The position numbers were made by a program, and so were the translations under genes. A stretch of DNA of 64,000 nt, taken from Mobula hypostoma (Eukaryota). This document shows, one piece after another, positions 25,144 through 37,349 of the stretch. Each line of letters begins with the position of its first letter. Within the stretch, counting starts at the first letter, position 1. The notes below the pieces were generated by a model. It did no database searches, was not told the origin of the DNA, and saw nothing but the letters and a program-made list of their open reading frames with translations. The stretch is from positions 63,614,001 through 63,678,000 of the forward strand of contig NC_086108.1 in assembly GCF_963921235.1 (NCBI RefSeq), read 5' to 3'.

Positions 25144-25639
25144 GGGCATTTGATTGTACTTAGGAAGTTGCCTCCCATTTAACACACTTATAATTTACCT
25201 CACAGGGTGGTTGATGAATTGTAAATACGAGTGTATTTTGGATCATCTGACATGTTGCAGATGTGTATGAGCTGTCGTATTGAAGTAGTGTGGGGGTACG
25301 GTTGTGAAATGTCCATACTTGTATTTGTGAATTGTTGTGTTGTAGATATATTAGCTGCCATGATATGTTCGGGGAGGGTGGGTGGGGGGGAGGTTTGTTT
25401 TGGGGGTACGATACTAAAGCAAAATGGAGGAAAATGTAATCCATTATATATTCTGTATTGTGTCATTCCTTCAATAAAAATAAATATATTAGAAAAGAGA
25501 AAATTAGAGATTTTATAAGAATATCAACACCAAGTAGCTTCCCATCAAGTTTCATGTCATTCTGATTCAGAAAGTTTTTTTATGTTCCCTGGTTCGTCAA
25601 AATTCTGAACTCCCTACCTGACAGTACAGTTGGTAAACA

Positions 25640-27240
25640 CAAGAAATTCTGCAGATGTGGGAAATCCAAAGCAATGTACACAATGCTGGGAGGAACTCAG
25701 TAGGTCAGGCAGCATCAATGGAAATGAACAAACAATCAACATTTTGGGCTGAGACTCTTCTTCAGGACTGGAAAGGAATGAGGAAGATATTGGTTGGGGC
25801 AGTTTGTTTCTAGAGGTTGAGACAGAAATTGAGAAAGGGCAAGGAGATATCAGAAATATATCAGGTGAATTTAAGAGTAGGGTGGAAGCTGAAGACGAAG
25901 TTGGTGAACTTGACGAGCTCAGCACGGGCACATGAAGCAGCCCAAAGCAGGTATCAACGTAGTGGAGGAAGAGTTGGGGAATGTTACCAGGGAAGGCATG
26001 GAACATTGACTGTTCTACATAGCCAATTAAAAAGCAGGGAAAGCTGGGGCCCATGTGGGTGCCCATGGTCACACCTCAAGTCTAGAGAAAATGGAAGGAG
26101 CTGAAGGAGAAATTGTTGAAGACGAAGACAGTTCTGCCTGATGAAGGAGAGTGGTGATAGAGTGAAACTAGTTGGTCCTTTTATTGACAAAGAAGCAGAA
26201 AGTTTTAAGGCCTTCTTGTTGGGGAATAGAAGTGTATAGGGACTGGACACCCATGGTGGAAATGAGGTGGTCAGGGCAAGGGAATTGAAAGTTAGTGAGA
26301 AGAGCGGGAGCATGAGAAATATCATGGATGTTGGTGGGAAGGGACTGAACCAAGGATGATAGAATGGTGTTGAGGTATGAGGACATAAGTTCAGTGGGGC
26401 AGGAGCTTGATGAGATCTGTGATGGTCTTGCAGACAGTTTTCTGATGGTTCTGAGTGGAGTCCTCTTCAAGGGGTAGGCATGAGGAGGTGGCTGAGAATT
26501 GTTGCCAGGTTTCATCAAGATAGAGTTCAGTGTGCCACACTGCAGTGTAACCCTTTTCACTGCAGGTTTGATGGCAAGGTTAGGACTGGTGTATAGAGAG
26601 TGGAGAACAGTGTATTCAGAGGGAGTAAGTTTTGAGGAGGAGAGAGGAGTGCTGAGGTTGAGCCGGCTGATATCTTATTGGCAATTAGAGACTAAAAGAT
26701 GCAGTGAAGGCAGGGAACCAATGTGGGGAATTCAAGAAGAGGAGGAGCATCGGAAATGGGAGAAGTGTGGGGTGGGAAATTCTTGCCGAAGAAGTGGGCT
26801 TGGAGGTGGAGGTGATGGAAAAGCAGCTTGGTGTTGGGGGACAAAGTCAAGGCCTTTGCTGAGGTCATCTCAGAGAAGGAAATGGTGAAGGCACAGCAGA
26901 GATTAGATGTGGCATGAGAATTGGAGGTGTCATAGGAGAAGGGAATTTTGTGGTGTTCAGGGAAGGTAGGGTGGGACGAAGATGGTGGCTCCGAGGACCC
27001 AAGAAGTGACCTTGGATCCTGAGGGACCTGGAATTGGAGGGTGGTGGTGGTGGTGGGGGAAGGGGAGACGGGAGGCCCAGCAGCAGCGAGGTAGGTTGAG
27101 GCTGGAGCAAGATCGAAACACTGCACGTTTTGCAGTCTGATAGCATCTAGGGTCACAGGAACCAGCATTGGTGATGAGAGAATCTGAGCTCTGGATCCCC
27201 TTCGATCCAGTACAATCGGTATATTTTTATCACAATTCAA
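25640..27240 (-). mobile_element. Decayed Penelope-like retroelement (N-terminal and RT remnants, pLTR end)
   Basis: VQSLYTSIP and MGTHMGPSF...LHYVD RT remnants, degenerate hammerhead-type motif near 25733-25770. Confidence 0.75.
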
Positions 27241-28744
27241 TTATGGGATATGGTTCAAAACCATGCATTACCATCACTTTCTCAAACGTCTCTCTGGGGT
27301 AAGCATGATATGCTGGACCTGCTGTCAATACCCATATCCCATAACTGCATTTTAAAGAAGAATGGCTTCATCACTTGCATATTTATCCACTTTACTTAAT
27401 GCTGTCCTGCCCCTTCTTTCACCAACTCCAATATGCAATGTGTTGCCATGTGCATCTTGTCTACTTGAGCACTCAGTCATTGTGATTCAGTCCCAATAAT
27501 CCACATCAGCTCATGGCATATTGAATAAATAGCCTTAAATCTTCTTGCGCTTTCCCCCTGCCCTGTTCCTGCATCCCACTCCACCTGTCTGCCCTCTCCA
27601 TCCTCTGTTTCTTTAGTTCCCACATTTTATACATCCAGTCCACTCTTGGTATTAGCCATCCAGGCCCAAATATGTGGAATTTTCTTTCTTAATGCCTACA
27701 ATTCCTTCTCCAATCTGTTATAAAAATAAATATTGCTGTTCCTCTGTTCTGAGAATTCTTTGGTCACTCTCAATCTCTTCTGCAAGAGCATCATATTCTT
27801 GATGACAATCAGTGAAGCAATTCCAGACACTTAACTGGAAACAAATATTATAAGTTTCAGCATATCACCCTTATTACGTTATAACATTTAACTAGTCACA
27901 TGAAGGATCTTTTTTAATTGTTGTGAGTAGATTTTAAAATGTAGCATTCCTAACATAAGGACTACAGTAGAAACTTTGAATTTGGGTATGGAAATCATGT
28001 TTAATGTATAAGCATACAATTTCTGAGGAGAGTATGCATTACATTCCAAGTATTCACTTCAGTATGTAATGAATCCCATGTCTGGCTTCCAGCTGCAATG
28101 TGGAATCTGGTTTTGAAAACCCTGACATTTAAAATGTAGCTGATATTGTGTTCTGAAGAATTTATGTTAACAATAAGTGCCAATAGAACAGAATACAGCT
28201 TATTTTGGATGAATCTTTTTGTCTACATGTTAAATGAGAACAAAAGCAAAGCTAATTCCTGTGAATAAGGTAGCTATCTATAGAATGGGAAAACATTACT
28301 ATAAAGAATCAACCATCATACCAGCAGTGTTTCCCATTGCTGTGTGAAAATTGGACAACAGCTTTTGAGCACAACATTTGACAATTAAATGCATAAATCA
28401 AAAAATTATGTGTAGGCTTTTCTCAAAACTTGAATCTAGTTCTTCACATACTGTATATTGAATCATGTGAAGTCGTAGATATTGCCTTGCAGATTGAACG
28501 TATTAGTATATTTGAGGTTTTGTAAGTACCCATATAATATTATTATGAGGTGTCATTAATAAAAGTGAAATAATCTCTCTGGCAATGAAAATCAAATTTT
28601 CATCTGTGTAGACTTATTTTTCAGGTTTTAACAATTGTGTGTGATTAAAAAAAACATAAAAGAAGCAAAAAGCCTCAAATTTACATTTTATCAGTTAATT
28701 TTAAATAACTTGTTCTTTCTTTACCACTCTTCAAGGGCAAGAGG

Positions 28745-30810
28745 TAGAAGAAAGGAAACTATAGTTAGTCTGACCTCATTGATGGAGTCAATTATTAAGG
28801 ACGGGGTTTCAGGGTACTTGGAAGCACATCATAAAATAAGCCATAGTCAGCATGGTTTCCTCAAGGGGTAATCTTGCCTGACAAATCTGTTGGAATTCTT
28901 TAAAGAAATAACAAGCAGGAACATCGGTTGATTTTGTATCCTTGAATTTTCTGAAGGCCTTTGACAAGGTGCCACACATGAGGCTGCTTAACGAGGAAAG
29001 ATTCTAGCATGGATAAAGCGGTAGCTGATTGACAGGAGGCAAAGAGTGGAAATAAAGGGAGTCTTTTCTGGCTGACTGGCAGTGACTGGTGGTGCTCCAC
29101 AGGGTCTGTACCGGGACTGATTTATTTATTTTGTATGTCAATGATTTGGATGATGGAATTGATGGCTTTGCTGCAAAGTTTGTAGATGATATGAAGGTAG
29201 AGTGCCAATAAAAAGTACTGACACCCCCCTGGAAGTTTTCATGTCTTATTGTTTTACAACATTGAATCAGTGGATTTAATTTGGCTTTTTAGACACTGAT
29301 CAACAGAAAAGATTCTTTTGTGTCAAAATGAAAACAAATTTCTGCAAATTGGTCTAATTATTAAACCCACACTAATTGATTGTATAATTACTCAACCCCT
29401 TCAAGTCAGTATTTAGTAGATGCACCTTTGGCAGCAATTGCAGCTTTGAGTTTGTGTGGATAGGTCTCCCTCTGGACACTGCAATGTTTCCCCATTCTTT
29501 ACAAAACTGCTCAAGCTCTGTTAGATTGCTTAGGGATCGTGAGTGAACAGCCGTTTTCAAGTCCATCCACAAGTTGTCAATTGGATTGAGGTATGGACTC
29601 TGACTTGGCCACTCCAGGATATTAACTTTGTTGTTTTTAAGCAATTCCTGTGTAGCTGTGGCTTTATACTTGGAGTCATTGTCTTGCTGGAAAATAAATC
29701 TCCTCCCAAGTCGCAGTTCGCTTGCAGATTGCATCATGTTTTCCTCCAGCATTTCCAGGAATTTTGCTGCATTGATGTTACCCTCAAGTTTCACAAGCCT
29801 TCCTGGGCCTGCTGCTGTGAAGCATCCCCACAGCATGATGCAGCCACCACCTTCCTTCTACGGTAGAGATGGTGCATCCTTCTGCAGACTCATGCTTCCT
29901 CAGAACTACTTGTCCCTCCCCCTATGTTTGTATTATCCGCAAAGATGGCCACACATCATCAATTCTGTCTTCCAGATCGCTGACATATAATATGAAAAGT
30001 AGCGACCCAACACCAGCGACTACAGAAGTCTTCATCAGCAGGCAAACAGAAATGTTTATTTACACTCTTTGCATTCTGCCAGGCAGCCAATTTTGTGTCC
30101 ATGGTAGTATCTTTGCTGTAGAGAATGGGCAAAGAAATGGCAGATGGAAGACACTGTAAGGTAATGTATGGCCATGCATTTTGATACAAAGAATAAAGGC
30201 ATAGATAATTATCTAAATGGGCAGCGTATTCTGAAATCAGAGGTGCAAAGGGACTTGAGAGACCTGGTACAGGATTACCTAAAGGTTAACTTGACTTGCA
30301 GGTTGAGTCAGTAGCAAGGAAGACAAATTGAAGAGGACCAGAATATGAAAACAATGATGCAATGCTGAGGCTTTATAAGGCATTGGCCAAACCACATATG
30401 GAGTATTGTGAGCATGTTTAGGCCCCATTTCTAATACTGGCACTGGAGAGGGTCCAGAGGAGGTTTATGAAAATTATCATGGGAATGAAAGGGTTAATGT
30501 ATGAGACGTATTTAATAGCTGTTGGCCCATATTCACTGGATTTCAGAAGAATGAGGGGAATCTCTTTTAAACCTACTGAATACTGAAAGGCCTAAATAGA
30601 GTAATGGGAGAGCTGAGGACCGGAAGACACAGCATCAGAATATGAGGACATAACTTTACAACAAAGGTGAGGAGGGATTTCTTTAGCCTGAAGGTTGTGA
30701 ATCTGTGGAATTTTTTGCCACGGACAGCTGTACAGGCCAAGTCATTGAGTATATTTATAATCACAAGTCAATAGGTCCTTGATTACTAGGGGTTTCAAAA
30801 GTAATGGGAA
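28745..30810 (+). mobile_element. CR1 ORF2 relic interrupted by a Tc1 fragment
   Basis: SLTSLMESIIKD...SQHGFLKG and the downstream CR1 3' sequence. Confidence 0.7.
29200..29865 (-). mobile_element. Tc1-family transposon fragment (transposase C-terminus plus one TIR)
   Basis: ORF 29372-29836 with WGCF, FQQDND and WPSQSPYLNPI motifs; TA followed by a gagtgccaataaaaagta TIR-like end. Confidence 0.9.
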
Positions 30811-30819
30811 GAAGTGGAG

Positions 30820-32269
30820 AACAACAGGAATTCTGCAGATGCTGGAAATTCAAGCAACATACATCAAAGTTGCTGGTGAACGCAGCAGGCCAAGCAGCAT
30901 CTGTAGGAAGAGGTGCAGTCGACGTTTCAGGCCGAGACCCTTCGTCAGGACTAACTGAAGGAAGAGTGAGTAAGGGATTTGAAAGTTGGAGGGGGAGGGG
31001 GAGGGGGAGATCCAAAATGATAGGAGAAGACAGGAGGGGGAGGGATGGAGCCAAGAGCTGGACAGGTGATAGGCAAAAGGGGATACGAGAGGATCATGGC
31101 ACAGGAGGTCCGGGAAGAAAGACAAGGAGGAGGGGGGGTGACCCAGAGGATGGGCGAGAGGTATATTCAGAGGGACAGAGGGAGAAAAAGGAGAGTGAGA
31201 GAAAGAATGTGTGCATAAAAATGAGTAACAGATGGGGTACGAGGGGGAGGTGGGGCCTAGCGGAAGTTAGAGAAGTCAATGTTCATGCCATCAGGTTGGA
31301 GGCTACCCAGACGGAATATAAGGTGGTGTTCCTCCAACCTGAGTGTGGCTTCATCTTTACAGTAGAGGAGGCCATGGATAGACATGTCAGAATGGGAATG
31401 GGATGTGGAATTAAAATGTGTGGCCACTGGGAGATCCTGCTTTCTCTGGCGGACAGAGCGTAGATGTTCAGCAAAGCGGTCTCCCAGTCTGCGTCGGGTC
31501 TCGCCAATATATAAAAGGCCACATCGGGAGCACCGGACGCAGTACATCACCCCAGTCCACTCACAGGTGAAGTGATGCCTCAGCTGGAAGGACTGTTTGG
31601 GGCCCTGAATGGTGGTAAGGGAGGAAGTGTAAGGGCATGTGTAGCACTTGTTCCGCTTACATGGATAAGTACCAGGAGGGAGATCAGTGGGGAGGGATGG
31701 GGGGGACGAATGGACAAGGGAGTTGTGTAGGGAGCGATCCCTGCGGAATGCAGAGAGGGGGGGGAGGGAAAGATGTGCTTAGTGGTGGGATCCCGTTGGA
31801 GGTGGCGGAAGTTACGGAGAATAATATGTTGGACCCGGAGGCTGGTGGGGTGGTAGGTGAGGACCAGGGGAACCCTATTCCTAGTGGGGTGGTGGGAGGA
31901 TGGAGTGAGAGCAGATGTACGTGAAATGGGGGAGATGCGTTTAAGAGCAGAGTTGATAGTGGAGGAAGGGAAGCCCCTTTCTTTAAAAAAGGAAGACATC
32001 TCCCTCGTCCTAGAATGAAAAGCCTCATCCTGAGAGCAGATTAACTTTGCCTCCAACTTTCACCCTGCCCTCAAGTTTACCTGGTCCATTTCTGACACCT
32101 CCCTCCCCTTTCTAGATCTTTATGTCTCTGGCTCTGAAGACAGCTTATCCACTGATGTCTACTATAAGCCTACTGACTCTCACAGCTATCTGGACTATTC
32201 CTCTTCTCACCCTGTCTCTTGCAAAAACGCCATCCCCTTCTCGCAATTCCTCCGTTTCCGCCGCATCTG
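30820..32269 (-). mobile_element. Penelope-like retroelement 3' part with intact GIY-YIG endonuclease domain and an inverted 5' segment
   Basis: ORF 31257-31550 YCVRCSRCGLLYIGETRRRLGDRFAEH, pLTR with hammerhead, and 32041-32269 is upstream RT sequence in the opposite orientation. Confidence 0.9.
30917..30952 (-). ncRNA. Minimal hammerhead ribozyme motif in Penelope pLTR
   Basis: Reverse complement reads AGUCCUGACGAAGGGUCUCGGCCUGAAACGUCGACU. Confidence 0.75.
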
Positions 32270-32339
32270 ATCTGTTCATTGCAATTATTTTCATTGACGT
32301 GGATCTTGCAAGGACACAGAATGAGAGGGAAGCTGCAGA

Positions 32340-32873
32340 ACCTAGTCATGGAAACTTGTTCATTGAATATTTTTTAAATTGTTTGAGGATGTGACTAAAC
32401 GCATTGATGGAGTTTGAGCAATAGATGTAGTGCATATGGATTTCAGCAAGGCATTTGATAAGGTACACCATGCAAGGCTTATTGAGAAAGTAAGGAGGCA
32501 TAGCATCCAAGGGGATATTGCTTTGTGGATCCAGAACTGGCTTACCACAGAAGGCAAAGAGTGGTTGTAGACGTGTCATATTCTGTTTGCAGGTTGGTGA
32601 CCAGTGGTGTGCCTCAGCGATCAGTTCTGGGACCCCTACTCTTCGTAATTTTTCTAAATGACCTGGATGAGGAAGTGGACGGATGCGTTAGTAAATTTGC
32701 TGATGACACAAAGGTTGGGGGTGTTGTGGATAGTGTGGAGGGCTGTCAGAGGTTACAGCAGGACAATGATAGGATGCAAAACTGGACTGAGAAGTGGCAG
32801 ATGGAGTTCAACCCAGATAAGTGTGAGGTGGTTCAATTTGGTAGGACAAATATGACGGCAGAATATAGTACTA
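32340..32873 (+). mobile_element. CR1 RT fragment
   Basis: [24 protein letters not shown] and SKFADD motifs. Confidence 0.8.
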
Positions 32874-35800
32874 ATAGAACATAGAACATAGAATAGTACA
32901 GCACAGTACAGGCCCTTCAGCCCACAATGTTGTGCCGACCTTCAAACCCTGCCTCCCATATAAGTCCCCAACTTAAATTCCTCCATATACTTGTCCAGTA
33001 GTCTCTTAAACTTCACTAGTGTATCTGCCTCCACCACTGATTCAGGCAGTGCATTCCACGCACCAACCACTCTCTGAGTCAAAAAACCTTCCTCTAATAT
33101 CACCCTTGAATTTCCCACCCCTTACCTTAAAGCCATGTCCTCTTGTATTGAGCAGTGGTGCCCTGGGGAAGAGGCGCTGGCTATCCGCTCTATCTATTCC
33201 TCTTATTATCTTGTACACATCTATCATGTCTCCTCTCATCCTCCTTCTCTCCAAAGAGTAAAGCCCTAGCTCCCTTAATCTCTGATCATAATCCATACTC
33301 TCTAAACCAGGCAGCATCCTGGTAAATCTCCTCTGTACCCTTCCCAATGCTTCCACATCCTTCCTATAGTGAGGCGACCAGAACTGGACACAGTACTCCA
33401 AGTGTGGCCCAACCAGAGTTTTATAGAGATGCATCATTACATCGCGACTCTTAAACTCTGTCCCTCGTCTTATGAAAGCTAACACCCCATAAGCTTTCTT
33501 AACTACCCTATCCACCTGTGAGGCAACTTTCAGGGATCTGTGGACATGTACCCCCAGATCCCTCTGCTCCTCCACACTACCAAGTATCCTGCCATTTACT
33601 TTGTACTCTGCCTTGGAGTTTGTCCTCCCAAAGTGTACCACCTTACACTTCTCCGGGTTGAACTCCATCTGCCACTTCTCAGCCCACTTCTGCATCCTAT
33701 CAATGTCTCTCTGCAATCTTTGACAATCCTCTACAATATCTACAACACCACCAGCCTTTGTGTCATCTGCAAACTCGCAAACCCACCCTTCTACCCCAAC
33801 ATCCAGGTCGTTAATAAAAATCACGAAAAGTAGAGGTCCCAAAACAGATCCTTGTGGAACACCACTAGTCACAATCCTCCAATCTGAATGTACTCCCTCC
33901 ACCATGGCCCTCTGCCTTCTGCAGGCAAGCCAATTCTGAATCCACCTGGCCAAACTTCCCTAGAACCCATGCCTTCTGACTTTCTGAATAAGCCTACCAT
34001 GTGGAACCTTGTCAAATGCCTGACTAAAATCCATATAGATCACATCCACTGCACTGCCCTCATCTATATGCCTGGTCACCTCCTCAAAGAACTCTATCAG
34101 GCTTGTTAGACACGATCTGCCTTTCACAAAGCCATGCTGACTGTCCCTGATCAGACCATGATTCTCTAAATGCCCATAAATCCTATCTCTAAGAATCTTT
34201 TCCAACAGCTTTCCCACCACAGACATAAGGCTCACTGGTCTATAATTACCCGGACTACCCCGACTACCTTTTTTGAACAAGGGGACAACATTCGCCTCCC
34301 TCCAAACCTCCAGTACCAGTCTCGTGGACAACGAGGAAATAAAGATCCTAGCCAGAGGCTCAGCAATCTCTTCTCTCGCCTCGTGGAGCAACCTGGGGAA
34401 TATTCCGTCAGGCCCCAGGGACTTATCCGTCCTAATGTATTTTAACAACTCCAACACCTCCTCTCCCTTAATATCAACATGTTCCAGAACATCAACCTCA
34501 CTCATATTGTCCTCACCTCCATCAAGGTACCTCTCATTGGTGAATACCGAAGAGAAGTATTCATTGAGGACCTCGCTCATTTCCAAAGCCTCCAGGCACA
34601 TCTTCCCACCTTTATCTCTGATTGGTCCTACGTTCACTCCTGACATCCTTTTTTTCTTCACATAATTGAAGAATGCCTTGGGGTTTTCCTTTACCCTACT
34701 CGCCAAGGCCTTCTCATGCCCCCTTGCTCTTCTCAGCCCCTTCTTAAGCTCCTTTCTTGCTTCCCTATATTGCTCAATAGACCCATCTGATCCTTGCTTG
34801 CTAAACCTCATGTACGCTGCCTTCTTCCACCTGACTAGATTTTCCACGTCACTTGTCACCCATGGTTCCTTCACCCTACCATTCTTTATCTTCCTCACCG
34901 GGACAAATTTATCCCTAACATTCTGCAAGAGATCTCTAAACATCGACCACATGTCCATAGTGCCTTTCCCTGCAAAAACATCATCCCAATTCACACCCAC
35001 AAGTTCTAGCCTTATAGCCTCATAATTTGCCCTTCCCCAATCAAAAATTTTCCTGTCCTCTCTGATTCCATCTGTCCTTTTCCATGATAATGCTAAAGGC
35101 CAGGGAGCGGTGGTCACTATCCGCAAGTTGCTCACCCACTGAGAGATCTGTGAGTGACCCGGTTAATTACCTAGTACTAGATCTAGTATGGCATTCCCTC
35201 TAGTCGGCCTGTCCACATACTGTGACAGGAATCCATCCTGGACACACTTAACAAACTCTGCCAATTCTAAACACTGGGAACTAATCAGGTGCCAATCAAT
35301 ATTAGGGAAGTTAAAGTCACCCATGATAACAACGCTGTTATTTTTGCACCTTTCCAAAATCTGCCTCCCAATCTGCTCCTCTGTATCTTTGCTGCTACCA
35401 GGGGGCCTATAGAATACCCCCAGTAGAGTAACTGCTCCCTTCCTGTTCCTGACTTCCACCCATGTTGACGCAAAAGAGGATCCTGCTACATTACCCACCC
35501 TTTCTGTAGCTGTAATAGTATCCCTGACCAGTAATGCCACCCCTCCTCCCCTTTTTCCGCCCTCTCTATCCCTTTTAAAGCTCTGAAATCCAGGGATATT
35601 GAGAATCCATTCCTGCCCTGGCGCTAGCCAACTCTCTGTAATGGCCACTACATCATAATTCCATGTATGTATCCAAGCTCCCAGTTCATCACCTTTGCTC
35701 CTGATGCTTCTTGCACTGAGGTACACACATTTCAGCCCTTCTACCTTACTGTCTTTACACCGTTTATTCTGTTTCTCTTTCCTCAAAGCCTCTCTATATG

Positions 35801-36915
35801 TTAGATCTGGCTTTTCTCCATGCACTTCGTTCACTGCTCTATCGCTCTGGGTCCCATACCCCTTGCAAATTAGTTTAAACCCTCTCGAACCATGCTGGCA
35901 AACCTACTTGCAAGGATATTGGTCCCCCTAGAGTTCAGGTGCAACCCATCCAATCTGTACAGGTCCTACCTTCCCCAGAAGAGATCCCAATGATCCAAAA
36001 ATCTAAAACCCTGCTCCCTGCACCAACTGCTCAGCCACGCATTCAACTGCCATCTCCTCCAATTCTTACTATCACTGTCACGTAGCACTGGCAGCAATCC
36101 TGAGAATGCCACCCTTGAGGTCCTGTTCTTCAGCCTTCTGCCTAATTCCCGAAACTCACACTTCAGGACCTCATCCCTCTTCCTGCCTATGTTGTTGGTC
36201 CCAACATGTATCACGACTTCTGGTTGCTTTCCCTCTCGTACCAGGATGTCATGCACCCGGTCAGAGACATCCCGGACCCTGGCACCCGGGAGGCAACAAA
36301 CCGTGCGGGTGTCCTTCTCACGTCCACAAAATCTCCTGTCTGCTCCCCTGACTATAGAGTCTCCAGTAACGACAGCTCTCCTCTTCTCCATCCCACCCTT
36401 CTGCACCACAGGGTCAGACTCAGTGCCGGAGGCCCTGCCACCGTGGCTCACACCTGGTCGGTCATCCCCACCAACAGTATCCAGGACGGTAAACTTATTA
36501 TTCAGGGGAATGGCTACAGGGGTGCTCTGCACTACCTGTCTGCTCACCTTCACTTTCCCCCCTCTGACTGTCACCCAACGACCTGCTTCCAACAGCCTAG
36601 GTGTGACTACCTCCCTGTAGCTCTCATCTATGACTGCCTCATTCTCCCTTATGAGTCGAAGGTCATCCAGCTGCTGCTCCAGATTCCTTACACGGTCTTC
36701 CAGATTGCCCAGCCGTATGCACTTCTGGCAGATGTGACTCTGCGGGAGAGGGGAGTTCCCCCAAAACTGCCACATCTCACATGAGAGGCACATCACCATC
36801 TCAGGAGACATTGTAAAAACTAACTGCGATCTAGCTTGTCCTCCACCTCTTCTCGTCGAAGCCTCTCGAGTCAAAGCCTCAAAACTCCACTCCTTCACTG
36901 GCCCACTCACGCACT
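32874..36915 (-). mobile_element. Near full-length CR1 LINE (ORF1 zinc finger plus SGNH esterase, ORF2 APE-RT), with stops and frameshifts
   Basis: ORF1 35966-36910 (CLSC..CQKC, GDSIVR, HVGTN), ORF2 pieces 35163-35834, 33960-35135 and 33042-33953 (FADD), short TTCTATG-type tail. Confidence 0.93.
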
Positions 36916-37349
36916 CAAACAGTCAATGTTTTGGGTCTTGGACTGAAATATCAACAATTTTTCCATAGATGCTGCCTGGCCTGCTGAATTCCTCCAGCAT
37001 TTTGTGTGTGTGGTGCTTACCAGGAAGCAGCTCACCAGTACCCTCTCAAGAGTAACTTCAGATAGACAATAAATATGGTTCATAGCCAGAAAATGGTTTG
37101 TTTGTACTCAACCTTGGAACTGGATTATCAGTCTCATTGTAGTCACTGGAACTGTTCTCCAATATTTTTTACAGGTGATATCCCAGGGCAGTGAAACATG
37201 AATTTTAAAATAATCCGACTATGAAGCAGCAAATCTTGAATGAATTTGAGTAATAACTTCAGCAAAAGTAATTTCAATCAAGTTCATTTCCATTTTTAAA
37301 TAATAGGTATTTTTGAAAACTATCACAAATATTAAAAATATCTGAAGTG

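Larger units (their letters stand above)
19691..25492 (+). mobile_element. Full-length L1-clade LINE (5.8 kb) with 15-bp TSD
   Basis: TSD aaaagagaaaattag at 19676-19690 and 25493-25507, CpG-rich 5' end, ORF1, ORF2 and AATAAA at 25473. Confidence 0.95.

Noticed and set aside
30804..31463. 219-aa plus-strand ORF
   Set aside because: Antisense to the Penelope pLTR and GIY-YIG region, purine-rich low complexity, no recognisable motifs.
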